A DNA stretch of 32,632 bases from Macrostomum lignano (lineage: Eukaryota), in the NCBI GenBank assembly GCA_002269645.1, contig NIVC01004172.1:72033-104664 (forward strand). Reading direction: 5' to 3'. The position numbers and the translations under genes were made by a program. The notes beneath the pieces are model-generated. The model was not told the origin of the DNA and did no database searches. It saw only the letters and a list, made by a program, of their open reading frames with translations. This document shows, one piece after another, positions 1-11,300 of the stretch; the first letter of the stretch is position 1, and each line of letters begins with the position of its first letter.

Positions 1-384
1 ATAGGTGTGTAATATAAATGTGTCAATATCTACTAGATAAACTTATCTGATAATGGTCCCCAGAAAGTAAATTAATTTGTAAATAGAAATTGATTTTTTG
101 CTGGCTTTGAAATCGTGATATACATTTTCTTGTAAATAAAACAAACCATGCAGCTTTAATGGCTTTTAGCATGAAAAATTAAATACGTTTTTAATTAATC
201 AATCATTTTGTTTGTTTACGACAAAACAACCAAGTAAGAAGTCATGGTTTTTATGGTGACGTCAGCTTAAGCGATGTAATGGAGCGATGTAAAGTTTAGC
301 CAATGTCTCGCCAATGTTTGGTTAAATATCTCATAATATAAGTATAACCCTTTCCACTGCCGTAACGAATTATGGGTCGCATTC

Positions 385-1010
385 ACAAGCTCGAAAAAAG
401 CTCAAAACTTCAAAAGCTTCATCACAATCTCGAAGCTTCATCACAAGCTCAAAACTTCATCACAATCTCAAACTTCATCACAAGCTCGAAGCTTCATCAC
501 AAGCTCGAAGCTTCATCACAAGCTCGAAGCTTCATCACAAGCTCGAAGCTTCATCACAAGCTCGAAGCTTCATCACAAGCTCAAAACTTCATCACAAGCT
601 CGAAGCTTCATCACAAGCTCGAAGCTTCATCACAAGCTCAAAACTTCATCACAAGCTCGAAGCTTCATCACAAGCTCAAAACTTCATCACAAGCTCAAAA
701 CTTCATCACAATCTCAAACTTCATCACAAGCTCGAAGCTTCATCACAAGCTCGAAGCTTCATCACAAGCTCGAAGCTTCATCACAAGCTCAAAACTTCAT
801 CACAAGCTCGAAGCTTCATCACAAGCTCAAAACTTCATCACAAGCTCGAAGCTTCATCACAAGCTCGAAGCTTCATCACAAGCTCGAAGCTTCATCACAA
901 GCTCGAAGCTTCATCACTATTTCGAAACATCACAAGCTCGAAACTTCATCTCAAGCTCGAAACTTCATCACAAGCTTGAAAAATCACAATCTAGCACTTC
1001 GAGCTTGTGA
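385..1010. repeat. 19-bp minisatellite (CTTCATCACAAGCTCGAAG)n, about 30 copies, ending in an inverted unit at 997-1010
   Basis: Tandem unit is directly visible; variant CTTCATCACAAGCTCAAAA. The 212-aa ORF 372-1010 is its 19-aa-periodic translation. Confidence 0.95.
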
Positions 1011-1225
1011 AATTTCAAGCTCATTTATTATGGCTCCTCAGTTATACGAGGAGCTCCTCGTATTTGCTGTACGTTGGCTGACTCAGTTAGTTTGCCTTAA
1101 TTTGATATTCCCCGCTGTAATGAAGTGACGACCTGCTTGCCATACTAGACCGCATCGTTCCACTTCACTGGTCAAGCAATTAAAAAAATTCTTAAGTAAA
1201 AAATACCCTAATTTCTTTGGTCTAG

Positions 1226-3726
1226 AGCAGAGATGCTGTCACACCTGATGAAGCTATTTCGCAATTTGATTTGATCCATCAAGCGGTGACGGATTGAAAT
1301 TGAATTGTCTTTTCATTTCTTCTTGCAACCCCCTCCCCAGTGTTTGCAGAGGCATCCCCTGGCCAAGCACAGTCCGAGATTTGATAATTTAAGGCTCAAA
1401 CTTTTATTTCAAACGTTGAGTAATGAGGAACGGCTCATGTTACTCTCTATTATGCTTGGTTTGGAATGTTTTTTATCTAACGTAACCCCACCGGAGGCAC
1501 CCATTGCCAGAGATTCTCGATTCACCATTTTCAGTTTTCAGCTGCATTTTTGAGCTGTGCAGGCAAGCGGATTAAATTACTGATGACTGTGGGAACTTGC
1601 AAAAAGCAAAGATTAAGCGGAGAGTCTCACTGAGACGAAGAGTAAGCGGAGAGTCTTACTGAGACGGAGAGTAAGTGGAGAGAGTCTTGCCGAGACGGAG
1701 AGTAAGCGGAGAGAGTATTACAGAGACGGAGAGTAAGCGGAGAGAGTCTCACTGAGACGAAGAGTAAGCGGAGAGTCTTACTGAGACGGAGAGTAAGCGG
1801 AGAGTCTCACTGAGACGAAGAGTAAGCGGAGAGTCTTACTGAGACGGAGATTAAGCGGAGAGAGTCTTGCAGAGACGGAGAGTAAGCGGAGAGAGTATTA
1901 CAGAGACGGAGAGTAAGCGGAGAGAGTCTCACTGAGACGAAAAGTAAGCGGAGAGTCTTACTGAGACGGAGAGTAAGCGGAGAGTCTCACTGAGACGAAG
2001 AGTAAGCGGAGAGAGTCTTGCAGAGACGGAGAGTAAGCGGAGAGAGTCTTGCAGAGACGGAGAGTAAGCGGAGAGAGTCTTGCAGACACGAAGAGTAAGC
2101 GGAGAGAGTCTTGCAGACACGAAGAGTAAGCGGAGAGAGTCTTGCCGAGACGGAGAGTAAGCGGAGAGAGGATTACCGAGACGGAGAGTAAGTGGAGAGA
2201 GTCTCACTGAGACGAAGAGTAAGCGGAGAGAGGATTACAGAGATGGAGAGTAAGCGGAGAGAGGATTACAGAGACGGAGAGTAAGCGGAGACAGTCTTGC
2301 AGAGACGGAGAGTAAGCGGAGACAGTCTTGCAGAGACGGAGAGTAAGCGGAGACAGTCTTGCAGAGACGGAGAGTAAGCGGAGACAGTCTTGCAGAGACG
2401 GAGAGTAAGCGGAGACAGTCTTGCAGAGACGGAGAGTAAGCGGAGACAGTCTTGCAGAGACGGAGAGTAAGCGGAGACAGTCTTGCAGAGACGGAGAGTA
2501 AGCGGATAGAATTTTATTGATGTCGAGTGTAAGCGAAGAGAGACTTACTGAGATTTAGATAATTTGTGACAGTTTAATACCTGAAAATCAAGAGCCAAGC
2601 TGCGCACTATTTCCCAAAGATTTCAGATTGCCAAAGTCCATGGATAGCAACAACAGCTGCGCACATGGGGCACCGCAACGGTCCAGATGTCCACCAATAT
2701 TAGCGCATACGGCTTGAATATCAGAGCAGAAAAGGCGAATTCATCAATCACGGCAGGTGAGTATAATAAGTGGCTTTCTTATTACTGAAGTCTTGCCAAT
2801 CTTTAGCCTGTGCCTCCGCATCGGGGCGTGAAATTCGCAGGTGTGTGAAAGGGGTATTATTAAACTGAAATTGCAGGACGCAAAGTCCAAGTTCTAAAAT
2901 TCTGGAGTCCATGGACAACTATTGTAACAGATTGGAGGAATTATGGTAATTAGAAGTTTTTTCAGTCAGTCAGTCAGTCAGTCAGTCAGTCAGTCAGTCA
3001 GTCAGTCAGTCAGTCAGTCAGTCAGTCAGTCAGTCAGTCAGTCAGTCAGTCAGTCAGTCAGTCAGTCAGTCAGTCAGTCAGTCAGTCAGTCAGTCAGTCA
3101 GTCAGTCAGTCAGTCAGTCAGTCAGTCAGTCAGTCAGTCAGGCAGTCAGTCAGTCAGTCAGTCAGTCAGTCAGTCAGTCAGTCAGTCAGTCAGTCAGTCA
3201 GTCAGTCAGTCAGTCAGGCAGTCAGTCAGTCAGTCAGTCAGTCAGTCAGTCAGTCAGTCAGTCAGGCAGGCAGGCAGTCAGTCAGTCAGTCAGTCAGTCA
3301 GTCAGTCAGTCAGTCAGTCAGTCAGTCAGTCAGTCAGTCAGTCAGTCAGTCATTCAGTCAGTCAGTCAGTCAGTCAGTCAGTCAGTAGTCAGTCAGTCAG
3401 TCAGTCAGTCAGTCAGTCAGTCAGTCAGTCAGTCAGTCAGTCAGTCAGTCAGTCAGTCAGTCAGTCAGTTAAAACAATCGACGCTGAAGCACAATGGGAA
3501 TTCAGTTCTGATCAGGTGTTTTATCCAAAGCATAGCCAGGACTCAGGTGTCAGCTGCGCAGTATGGGCCAAGTTTTAATTAGGTTCACACAGATGAGTCC
3601 TATGCACACCCGCTGAGAACAGTTGGAAGAGGAGACCACCAAGAGAGAGCGTTTGAGCCGCGTTGCATAGCAACCAACCAGCTATTAAAATTTAATTGGA
3701 CTTGCCGTGAATCTGAGAGGAGCTGA
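1226..3726 (+). CDS. Candidate multi-exon gene of unknown product; best-supported exons ~2650-2756, 2877-2945, 3469-3515, 3583-3726, possible upstream exons 1226-1285 and 1341-1458
   Basis: AG/GT sites (CAG|GTGAGT 2756, TTGCAG| 2876, ATG|GTAATT 2945, CAG| 3468, CAG|GT 3515, TTAG| 3582) join in compatible phases into ...WGTATVQMSTNISAYGLNIRAEKANSSITAGRKVQVLKFWSPWTTIVTDWRNYVKTIDAEAQWEFSSDQVHTDESYAHPLRTVGRGDHQERAFEPRC...*. AATAAA at 4310. No family recognised; the link to the upstream exons is unresolved. Confidence 0.3.
1615..2506. repeat. 29-31-bp minisatellite (GAGTAAGCGGAGAGAGTCTTGCAGAGACGGA)n
   Basis: Visible tandem array; the last ~7 copies (2281-2500) are nearly identical. Confidence 0.95.
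2963..3469. repeat. (CAGT)n microsatellite, about 505 bp
   Basis: Direct; a few CAGG/CATT/AGT interruptions. Explains the (SQSV)n ORF. Confidence 0.99.
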
Positions 3727-3807
3727 AAACCTATTTTTAGAGAAATTATTAGCTGTTTCGAAAGGCTCATGGACACTGGCTATTTTAGAAAAAATCTTTC
3801 ATTATTT

Positions 3808-4235
3808 TTGAGTTCACATCACCTTGAGTCACATTCTTTGATCACTTGATCACTCAAGTTGAGTTCACATCACCTTGAATCACATCTTTGATCACTTGAT
3901 CACTCAAGTTGAGTTCACATCACCTTGACTCACATCTTTGATCACTTGATCACTCAAGTTGAGTTCACATCACCTTGAGTCACATTCTTTGATCACTTGA
4001 TCACTCAAGTTGAGTTCACATCACCTTGACTCACATCTTTGATCACTTGATCACTCAAGTTGAGTTCACATCACCTTGAATCACATCTTTGATCACTTGA
4101 TCACTCAAGTTGAGTTCACATCACCTTGACTCACATCTTTGATCACTTGATCACTCAAGTTGAGTTCACATCACCTTGACTCACATCTTTGATCACTTGA
4201 TCACTCAAGTTGAGTTCACATCACCTTGAATCACA
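3808..4235. repeat. 50-bp minisatellite (TTGAGTTCACATCACCTTGAATCACATCTTTGATCACTTGATCACTCAAG)n, about 8.5 copies
   Basis: Period measured from starts at 3859, 3909 and 3959; unit junction ACTCAAGTTGAGT is near-palindromic. Confidence 0.95.
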
Positions 4236-4382
4236 TGTTATCACTCATTGAGTTCCCATTACCGTACATACAGCTCACGTCTTTGATCACGTGAATTCAT
4301 AGCCAATTTAATAAAGAATGAAATCTTATCGCACTTGCAGCAACCAACCAAGTTAATTTGGCAGCGAACTGTCTCACCCGAG

Positions 4383-4568
4383 CTAAAAGATAAGATCTAA
4401 ATCAAATATTCCAAGGCGAAACCAGAACTGCTCACCCGAGGCCCTGGGCAGTTGAAAAAGCCTCAAAGCTATTCTCAATCCCGCCTTGGCGATAACAAGC
4501 GGAGCAGGAGCAAACCACTCCCTCTGTTGTTCTTCGGCCGAGCGCCTGCTGCCTTCCTCCTCCTCCAT
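4383..4568 (-). CDS. Possible 61-aa small ORF, or first exon of an unknown gene (MEEEEGSRRSAEEQQREWFAPAPLVIAKAGLRIALRLFQLPRASGEQFWFRLGIFDLDLIF)
   Basis: GC-rich island between two arrays; acceptor-like CCTTCTAG near 4703; internal donor-like CGG|GTGAGC near 4437. No homology recognised. Confidence 0.2.
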   Translation of the reverse strand: MEEEEGSRRSAEEQQREWFAPAPLVIAKAGLRIALRLFQLPRASGEQFWFRLGIFDLDLIF

Positions 4569-4855
4569 TAGCAAGCGCGAAACTCCAGCAGGCCCGTTTG
4601 GCAGCCAGCCAGCCACTGTTTGTTTGAGTTTTTAGAGGCTGAATGGACCACCACAGGAACAGGCCAGTTGCCGGTTGTGGGAGTTGAGGCAGCTCAAACA
4701 AACTAGAAGGACCAGCGTTCGGTTTTAAAACTTTAAAACTGCGGAGAAATCTAATTTGAATTATTAATTAGGGGAAAGTGAGTCGAACACTCACTTTATG
4801 TGACAGATGGTACTAAAGTAGAAAGAAAGTGACGCCAAAAATTAGTGCTAAATTG

Positions 4856-5495
4856 GCGCTAACAAATAGCATTCTAAGTGGCGCCAACAATTAGCGTCAA
4901 AACGGCGCCAACAATCGGCGTCAAAATTAGCGCCAACAATTAGCGTCAGAATGGCGCCAACAAATAGCGTCAAAATTAGCGCCAATAACCAGAATCAAAA
5001 TGGTGCCAACAATTAGCGTTGGAATGGCGCCAATAATTAGTGTCATAATTAGCGCCAACAATTAGCATCAAAGAGGCGCCAACAATTAGTGTCAAAATTA
5101 GCACCAACAATTAGAGTCAGAATGGCGACAACAATTAGCGTCAAAAGAGTACCAACAATTATCACTGAAGTGGCGCCAACAATTATCATTGAAGTGGCGC
5201 CAACAATTAGCTTCAAAAAGGCGCCAACAATTTGCCTTAAAAAGGCGCCAACAATTAGAGTCAGAATGGCGACAACAATTAGCGTCAAAAGAGTACCAAC
5301 AATTATCATTGAAGTGGCGCCAACAATTATCATTGAAGTGGCGCCAACAATTAGCTTCAAAAAGGCGCCAACAATTTGCCTTAAAAAGGCGCCAACAATT
5401 AGCTTCAAAAAGGCGCCAACAATTAGCCTAAAAAGGCGCCAACAATTAGCATTGAAGTGGCGCCAACAATTAGCCTAAAAAGGCGCCAACAATTA
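4856..5495. repeat. 21-bp minisatellite with core GGCGCCAACAATTAGC, about 30 copies
   Basis: Visible tandem array; overlapping ORFs in several frames are repeat artefacts. Confidence 0.93.
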
Positions 5496-5865
5496 GTCTC
5501 AAAGGAGCACTAACGAGTGTGCCAAATTTAGCGCTAAAAACTGCGCCTAAAGTACGTGACGAGGGGGGGGCGCGGCACAGTAGACTGGCGCAAAATTCTT
5601 GGTCAGAGATGAGCGCCATGATTAAAACTATCTCGATAGATTTTATGAACAAAGCTTTGTGAACTGTAGACCAGGACGCAGTTTTACTCATTTAAGTCTG
5701 TTGAAAAAAAAAATTGAAAAAGAAAATCAGAATGAGTTCAGCTGCAAATTGGCAACTAAAAAGCTGTATATTTTGTTTGCGCCAGGGTTGCGTTAGAAAT
5801 GAATGTTTTATTTCGGCGGCTAACTGGAAAACTCGGAACACGCTGGGCGCAAGTATTGGTGGCCC

Positions 5866-6984
5866 TCAGCTCGAGTCGCAGCTGTGGAACACCTCGCTGG
5901 CGAGGCGCCGCATGAGCTCGGGCGACACGCGGACCTCCTCTGGCTGGACGGATTCGGCCGCCTGAGCCAAGAGGCCGCCGCCGCCGCCGCCGTCCGAGAA
6001 TCGCAGCCGCTCCCTCAGCAGCGCCGGCGCCACACACGACGACTCCGTTGAGCAGCCGCCACCGACTGGCACGGAGCGAAGAGGCAGCGAGCGGCGTCGG
6101 CGAGGATGCCACCGACTGTCGCGGCGACCGCCGCCGAGAGCGCCGAAATTCGAAGCTGCGGCGGCAGCGGCTGCTGCAGTTGCCAGCGCGGCGGCTCGTC
6201 GACGCCGGAAAAGTCGCCAGGTGTCTCTGCGCATTCGCTCGCCCCAGTTCATGCCGGCGGCAGCGGCAGCGGTGGCAGCGGCGGGTATAGCATCGTCGAC
6301 GATGAATTCCACGAAGTCGTCGTTGGTTGCCGCTGGCCAGGGCACCGCGCCGGCGGCGGACTCGTCGCTAGACTGCGTCTCCTCCACGACCACTGCCTCT
6401 TCGGCTTCAGCTTCTTCAACGGCGCGCACCTCCTCAAAGGCGTCTTCGGCTTCGTCCAGTGCGATTTCAGCCTCGCTGTCGTCGTCGCCTTCAAAATCGT
6501 TGAAATCGTCCGTTGTCGATGCGCCCAGCCTGTCGGCGTCGTTGAGCCCGGCGGAGGCGGAGGCCTCGTCGTCGGCGTCCTGCGCGGACTCGTCGGACGA
6601 CGCCAGATCGCGTAGCGAGCGCGGCAGCTGGCGCCGGCGTGCAGCCAGTCGGCGCGCGATTCGTCGATGCTGCAGCAGCGAGGCCGCCGAAGCAGCCGAA
6701 GGCGGCCGAGGCGCAGCCGGCAAAGTCAAGCGCTGAGCGATTCGACGAACAGTGGCGGACTTCGATGTCGCCGCCGGCTGAGCGGTGGTCACCATGGCGG
6801 ATTCGGCGGTCACGGCGGCGACGCTCGACACGATGGCGGCGGAGACGGCAGCAGACTGCAGAGTGTGCTGCCAGCCGTCCGCGGCGCCGCCGGAACCTTG
6901 AGCAGCCGTAGTGCTGTTGTGTGGCGAGCTGCTGGACGATTCAGAATCCTCTGTGCTGTCCGTGCGAGTTCGGCGCCGCTGCAT
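5866..6984 (-). CDS. Intronless low-complexity/disordered protein (~372 aa; Ala/Ser-rich, acidic centre, Arg-rich patches), function unknown
   Basis: Long GC-rich ORF, first ATG at 6984 (the track starts at a TTG), TGA at 5866-5868, minus-strand AATAAA at 5812-5807. Confidence 0.7.
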   Translation of the reverse strand: MQRRRTRTDSTEDSESSSSSPHNSTTAAQGSGGAADGWQHTLQSAAVSAAIVSSVAAVTAESAMVTTAQPAATSKSATVRRIAQRLTLPAAPRPPSAASAASLLQHRRIARRLAARRRQLPRSLRDLASSDESAQDADDEASASAGLNDADRLGASTTDDFNDFEGDDDSEAEIALDEAEDAFEEVRAVEEAEAEEAVVVEETQSSDESAAGAVPWPAATNDDFVEFIVDDAIPAAATAAAAAGMNWGERMRRDTWRLFRRRRAAALATAAAAAAAASNFGALGGGRRDSRWHPRRRRSLPLRSVPVGGGCSTESSCVAPALLRERLRFSDGGGGGGLLAQAAESVQPEEVRVSPELMRRLASEVFHSCDSS

Positions 6985-8000
6985 CGAGTGGCCGGCTGCT
7001 GCACGCACCCCCAATTATGTGATTTATTGGGCCGCTAGTTGGTGAAACATTTTCCGCCGGCAGCTTGCAGAATTGTTAAATAACTTAAAGACTCTTTATA
7101 GCTCGTAGCAAATTGCTGGTGTTCTCAGCTCCCCTAAATTCACTGGCATTTGTTGTCTATGGTGAAAGGTTAAATTTAGCTTCAATTTGTCATCATTGGG
7201 GCAGAGCGCAGATACTTAGCGAGAATAAATGGATGGGCTACTCAGCACATTTATGTCCAAGCTACTTACAGTTCAGTAGTAAGTTAAACAGAAGCATTTT
7301 AATGTATTTTTAAAGCCTCACTTATTGGCTCTTACCCCCACCCCCAGCTTAAACCCTCCAACCCAGCCTTTCCACACTAACCCCTCGCCCCGCCCCCAAT
7401 TTTTATTGCCTTTCTCGGAATTGCAGACTAAAGCTGCAATGTACATTTCAGCGTACATTATTGCTGAACCAATTAGCAAGCTGTTTACGCCTGCAACCTT
7501 GGCTCCTAAACTTATCAAAGTGGTTTCAGCTGGCTTTATTTTTATAAAATAGCTTATGTATTCTTCTTTGCTACTGAACTGAAAGAAGAGAGCTATTTTA
7601 GTATAAGAAGCATACAAACCTTAGAGATTTAGTATATTTAGATATTCTATGGGTTTGAGGTCGGTATGTGATTAAATCCCGAGAGCCGAAGGGTCGTTAT
7701 TTGGGTCGTTGCAGACGAAGTAAGAATAGTATACTTTTTAGTCAATTTCTACCACTCTCAAGACTTTAATTAGCCAAGAATACTGGTTAGGTTACTTGCT
7801 ACACTACTTACACTAAGAGCATAGTTTTGATCATGCTCTGATCATGGAAAATTATCATAGTTTTTTATTTAACAACTTATTTTACTAGAGGGATGTGTAC
7901 GCAATATGCTACTGTCAATAGAACAAACGAAAAGGAAAGAAAATAGCTTGTAACAAAAAATCAACAAAAAACTATACACTAAATACGCCCGTAGGTCATG

Positions 8001-8004
<4 letters not shown>

Positions 8005-8033
<29 letters not shown>
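8005..8033. repeat. (TA)n microsatellite
   Basis: Direct. Confidence 0.95.
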
Positions 8034-8035
<2 letters not shown>

Positions 8036-8329
8036 CAATAGTGAATGTCATCATCAAGTATTATATATATCCATTGTTTAATAGAGCACACGTAGCTACA
8101 GTCTCAGACCTGCAAGTCAGAGTATCTAAAGCCACACAAGTCAAAAAGGCGAGCACGTTTTCCAAACCAATTTTAACTGAAATTTTAAACAAAAAATCTA
8201 AGATTAATTGTCCATCTGCATCAAAGTTTAAAGAAATTCTGCGAAAAAAAAATTAATACCATTCCAAAGAACTGAAAGAGTATGACCTACTTTAATAGCA
8301 AGAAATAAATACGTCAATATCATAGGAAA

Positions 8330-11300
8330 TCACAAAACAGCCAACGAAGCTTTCAGCGGAAGCTGCTCCGATGCCTGCTGCTGCTGCTGCTGCTGTTGCA
8401 GCTGCTGTGCCGCATCAGAGAACAGGTAAACAACCATCAGACCATCCTGGCACAGTTGCACTACCCTCCGACAGCAGTTGATCTCCGTCTCGGTTGGGGC
8501 CTCGCGCGACTGTCGCAGAATCAACTCCCAGCCGGTGTTGCCAGCGAAGGTCTCCCAGAGTCCCTGGCCGTGGCACCACAGCAGCCGGTTGTACAGCTTC
8601 TCGAATAGACTGGCCAGATTGTCGGCCGCCGCGGCAACATCCGAGGCCGTCATGCGGAGCGCTTTGTCGAGCGCTATGCGCACATTTTGCCTGGCAATGT
8701 CGATCACTTTTCGGCGCTTGTCGGCGTCAAGGCTCAGGCGCCAGTAGCTGCTTACGTCGGCCTTTCTAGCGAGCCAGTTATCCTGCAGCTGGCGCAGCAT
8801 CTGTTCGGCGGCGCGGTTCGACTTTCCAGGAAAGCGGATGCTCAACTCGTTAAGGAACTTCAGCGTTCGCTGAGCCAGCTGCTCGCGCTCGTTAGCCATC
8901 ATCGACTCAGACGGATGTGGTTGCTTCTGCGCCGGGTCCTTCTGCTTTTCTTGACTTTTTCGCAGCGACTTTTTTGGTCCATCTTTCAAAGGAAGCCTTC
9001 CAGCAGCGGGCTTGCGACGACCTCCCGCCGCCTGGTCGTCGATCTCGGAGTCGGAGCCGCTGCTGCCCGCCTGACCATCGTCCATCAGCTGCTGGACCGT
9101 CTTGGAGCCGAGCTGGGCAAGCTTCTTGGCCACCTCATCCGTTTTGCTAGCGTTGAAGGTCTTGACCTCGCGGTGAAGAGCTTCCATCTGACTACCTTCA
9201 AGCAGGGCCGAGATAGCGTCCAGCATTACGGACACCAGCTTCTCTTGCTTGGTGGCATCATCGACTGGAAAGATGCAACGGAATCGCTGACAGATTCGCG
9301 TGTCGACATCCTTCATCCGGTCTTGTCGTTTCAGCCGCGCTAATAGCGCAGTGAGCTCCGTCACCTCCTTTTGCGCTGTCTTGGCTGGCACCTCCGGACT
9401 GTCGGCCGTCTGCTTAGCCGCTTTCCAATCGGCCGGGCTAAAATTTAGCAGCATCAGCGTCTCCTGCAGCAGTTGAAGCTTTACTTTCTCTTCTTCCGAG
9501 TTGTCGTAGTCGAAACTCGGCGATCGGTTGACCTCCATCAGCCAGGGTTTGAGGTCGGTGTCGAGCAGGATATCGAAGCCGAGCAGTTCAAAGCAGGCGG
9601 AGCCGCTCCCCGGACTCTCTGTCGGGCGGCACTGGCGGTAAGAACGGACAACGTGCGGGTAGGCGGCGAACACTGTCTTGATGATTAGATCAACGATTCT
9701 GCGCCACACCAAGGCCACGTCGTATTTGTTCTGCTGCAGATAGCTGTTGAGAAACATCAGAGGTCGCTTCATGCCACTAACCTTGGCGCCTCTGCGGCGG
9801 GAGGCGGCGCCATACGTATCAGTCGGTCGATTCTGCTTGTTTACTGAGCAATTAGTCAGGTGGATGAAGTTCAGGTCTTCGTCAGCTTTGCATTTCTGTG
9901 GATCAACATAGGGCTCAGAGCTCATTCGAATGAAGCCATCGTTGAAGAGATAGATGCGCAGAGGATCGCAAGAGGACACCAGAACGTACAGACGCAGATC
10001 GAACTTAACGTTCTCAATCAAGAAGGGGTTGGACACATACTCTTGCAGTACGCACTGGCTTTCAACCGTCTGTGGAACCTCCTCAGCGGTCTTGTAGATT
10101 TTAATGCCTCTACCAGATGTGCCGTCAACCGGCTTGCAAATGTACGATGGCTTCACTTCAGACTTTTGCTCTTGCGTGTGCTGGCGGAAATTGGCGAGTT
10201 GATCTGGCAGACACCAGGTTCTAGGAGCAAACTTGTACTCGCTTGGATACCGCTGGTTAAGCTTGCCCATGTTCTTCGCAAGCAGATCTTTGCGGCAGAT
10301 CTCGGCCATCCCAGGAAAATGGTTCACCCTCTGAAACGGTTTCAACTGGGTCAGGCGCTCCATCGAAATGAAGGTGTCATTCCAGATTAGAAATGGCGTT
10401 TTAAAATCGTCTTTATTTGTCCTGACGAAGCCAATAAGCCTTGCCGCTGTTTCAACCAGTGCATAGCGAGTGCCAGCCAAATTAGCCGGGAGGGGCCGCT
10501 TCAGCTTGACAACGCGTAGCGAGTGTGTCTCGTAGCGGGAAAACTCGAATTCAGTCGGGCCCTTAGACGCCCGATTTTCCGAGTCTTTGTCTTTGTCAGA
10601 CATTCTGAACGATGACTTAAAACCATACGATTTTTTCTCAGCGGTTCTAGGCGGCGAAAGGTCCCGAGTGGAATTAGGACCAGCTTTGGGACCAGATCTC
10701 AAGTAGCTGGGCTCCTTCTTATTGCTTTTGCTATCGCTAAGGACGCTACTTCGAGGAGATCGGCTGTCGTCCTTGGAGCTAGCTCTTGGTGATAGGCCTT
10801 TTTTCGTACTTTCTGGCTCCTGCTTGCGACCATCGAGACGCTTTGAAGCCGTTCCTGCCTTAGGCTGAGCCAAGTCAAGGCCTTTTGCACTGCGAGGGGA
10901 GAGCTCATCTCGAGAGCTCTTGCTAAAGGATCTAGATGGAGGGGACAGGCTTCTACCATCCTTGCCGGCAGGCTTGGGTCGCACCGGTGACTTAATAGGC
11001 TCTCGTTTAAACCCCTTTGTCCCGCTTGAACTCTCAGTCTCGGAATCAGAGGTTTCTACTCGTAGAGGCTTTTTCTTTTCTAAGGATGCTTGTTTAGGCG
11101 TTGTGACGGCTCTTTTGAATGTTCCAGACTTTGGCTGTTCCTTGTCGCCTTGAAATTTAGATTTTGGACCAGGTGTTTCATTGGACTGCAAGCCTTCTTT
11201 GCGCTGAAGACCGGGCCTGTATCCGGACTTTGGCCATGAACCAGCCTCCTCCCGTTTCTTTCGGTCGTCGTCTTTCAAATCATCCTGACGACGCGGTGAA

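Noticed and set aside
372-5478. ORFs 372-1010, 1929-2207, 2943-3578 and 5049-5478 as proteins
   Set aside because: Their aa periodicity equals the nucleotide repeat unit; they are translations of mini/microsatellites.
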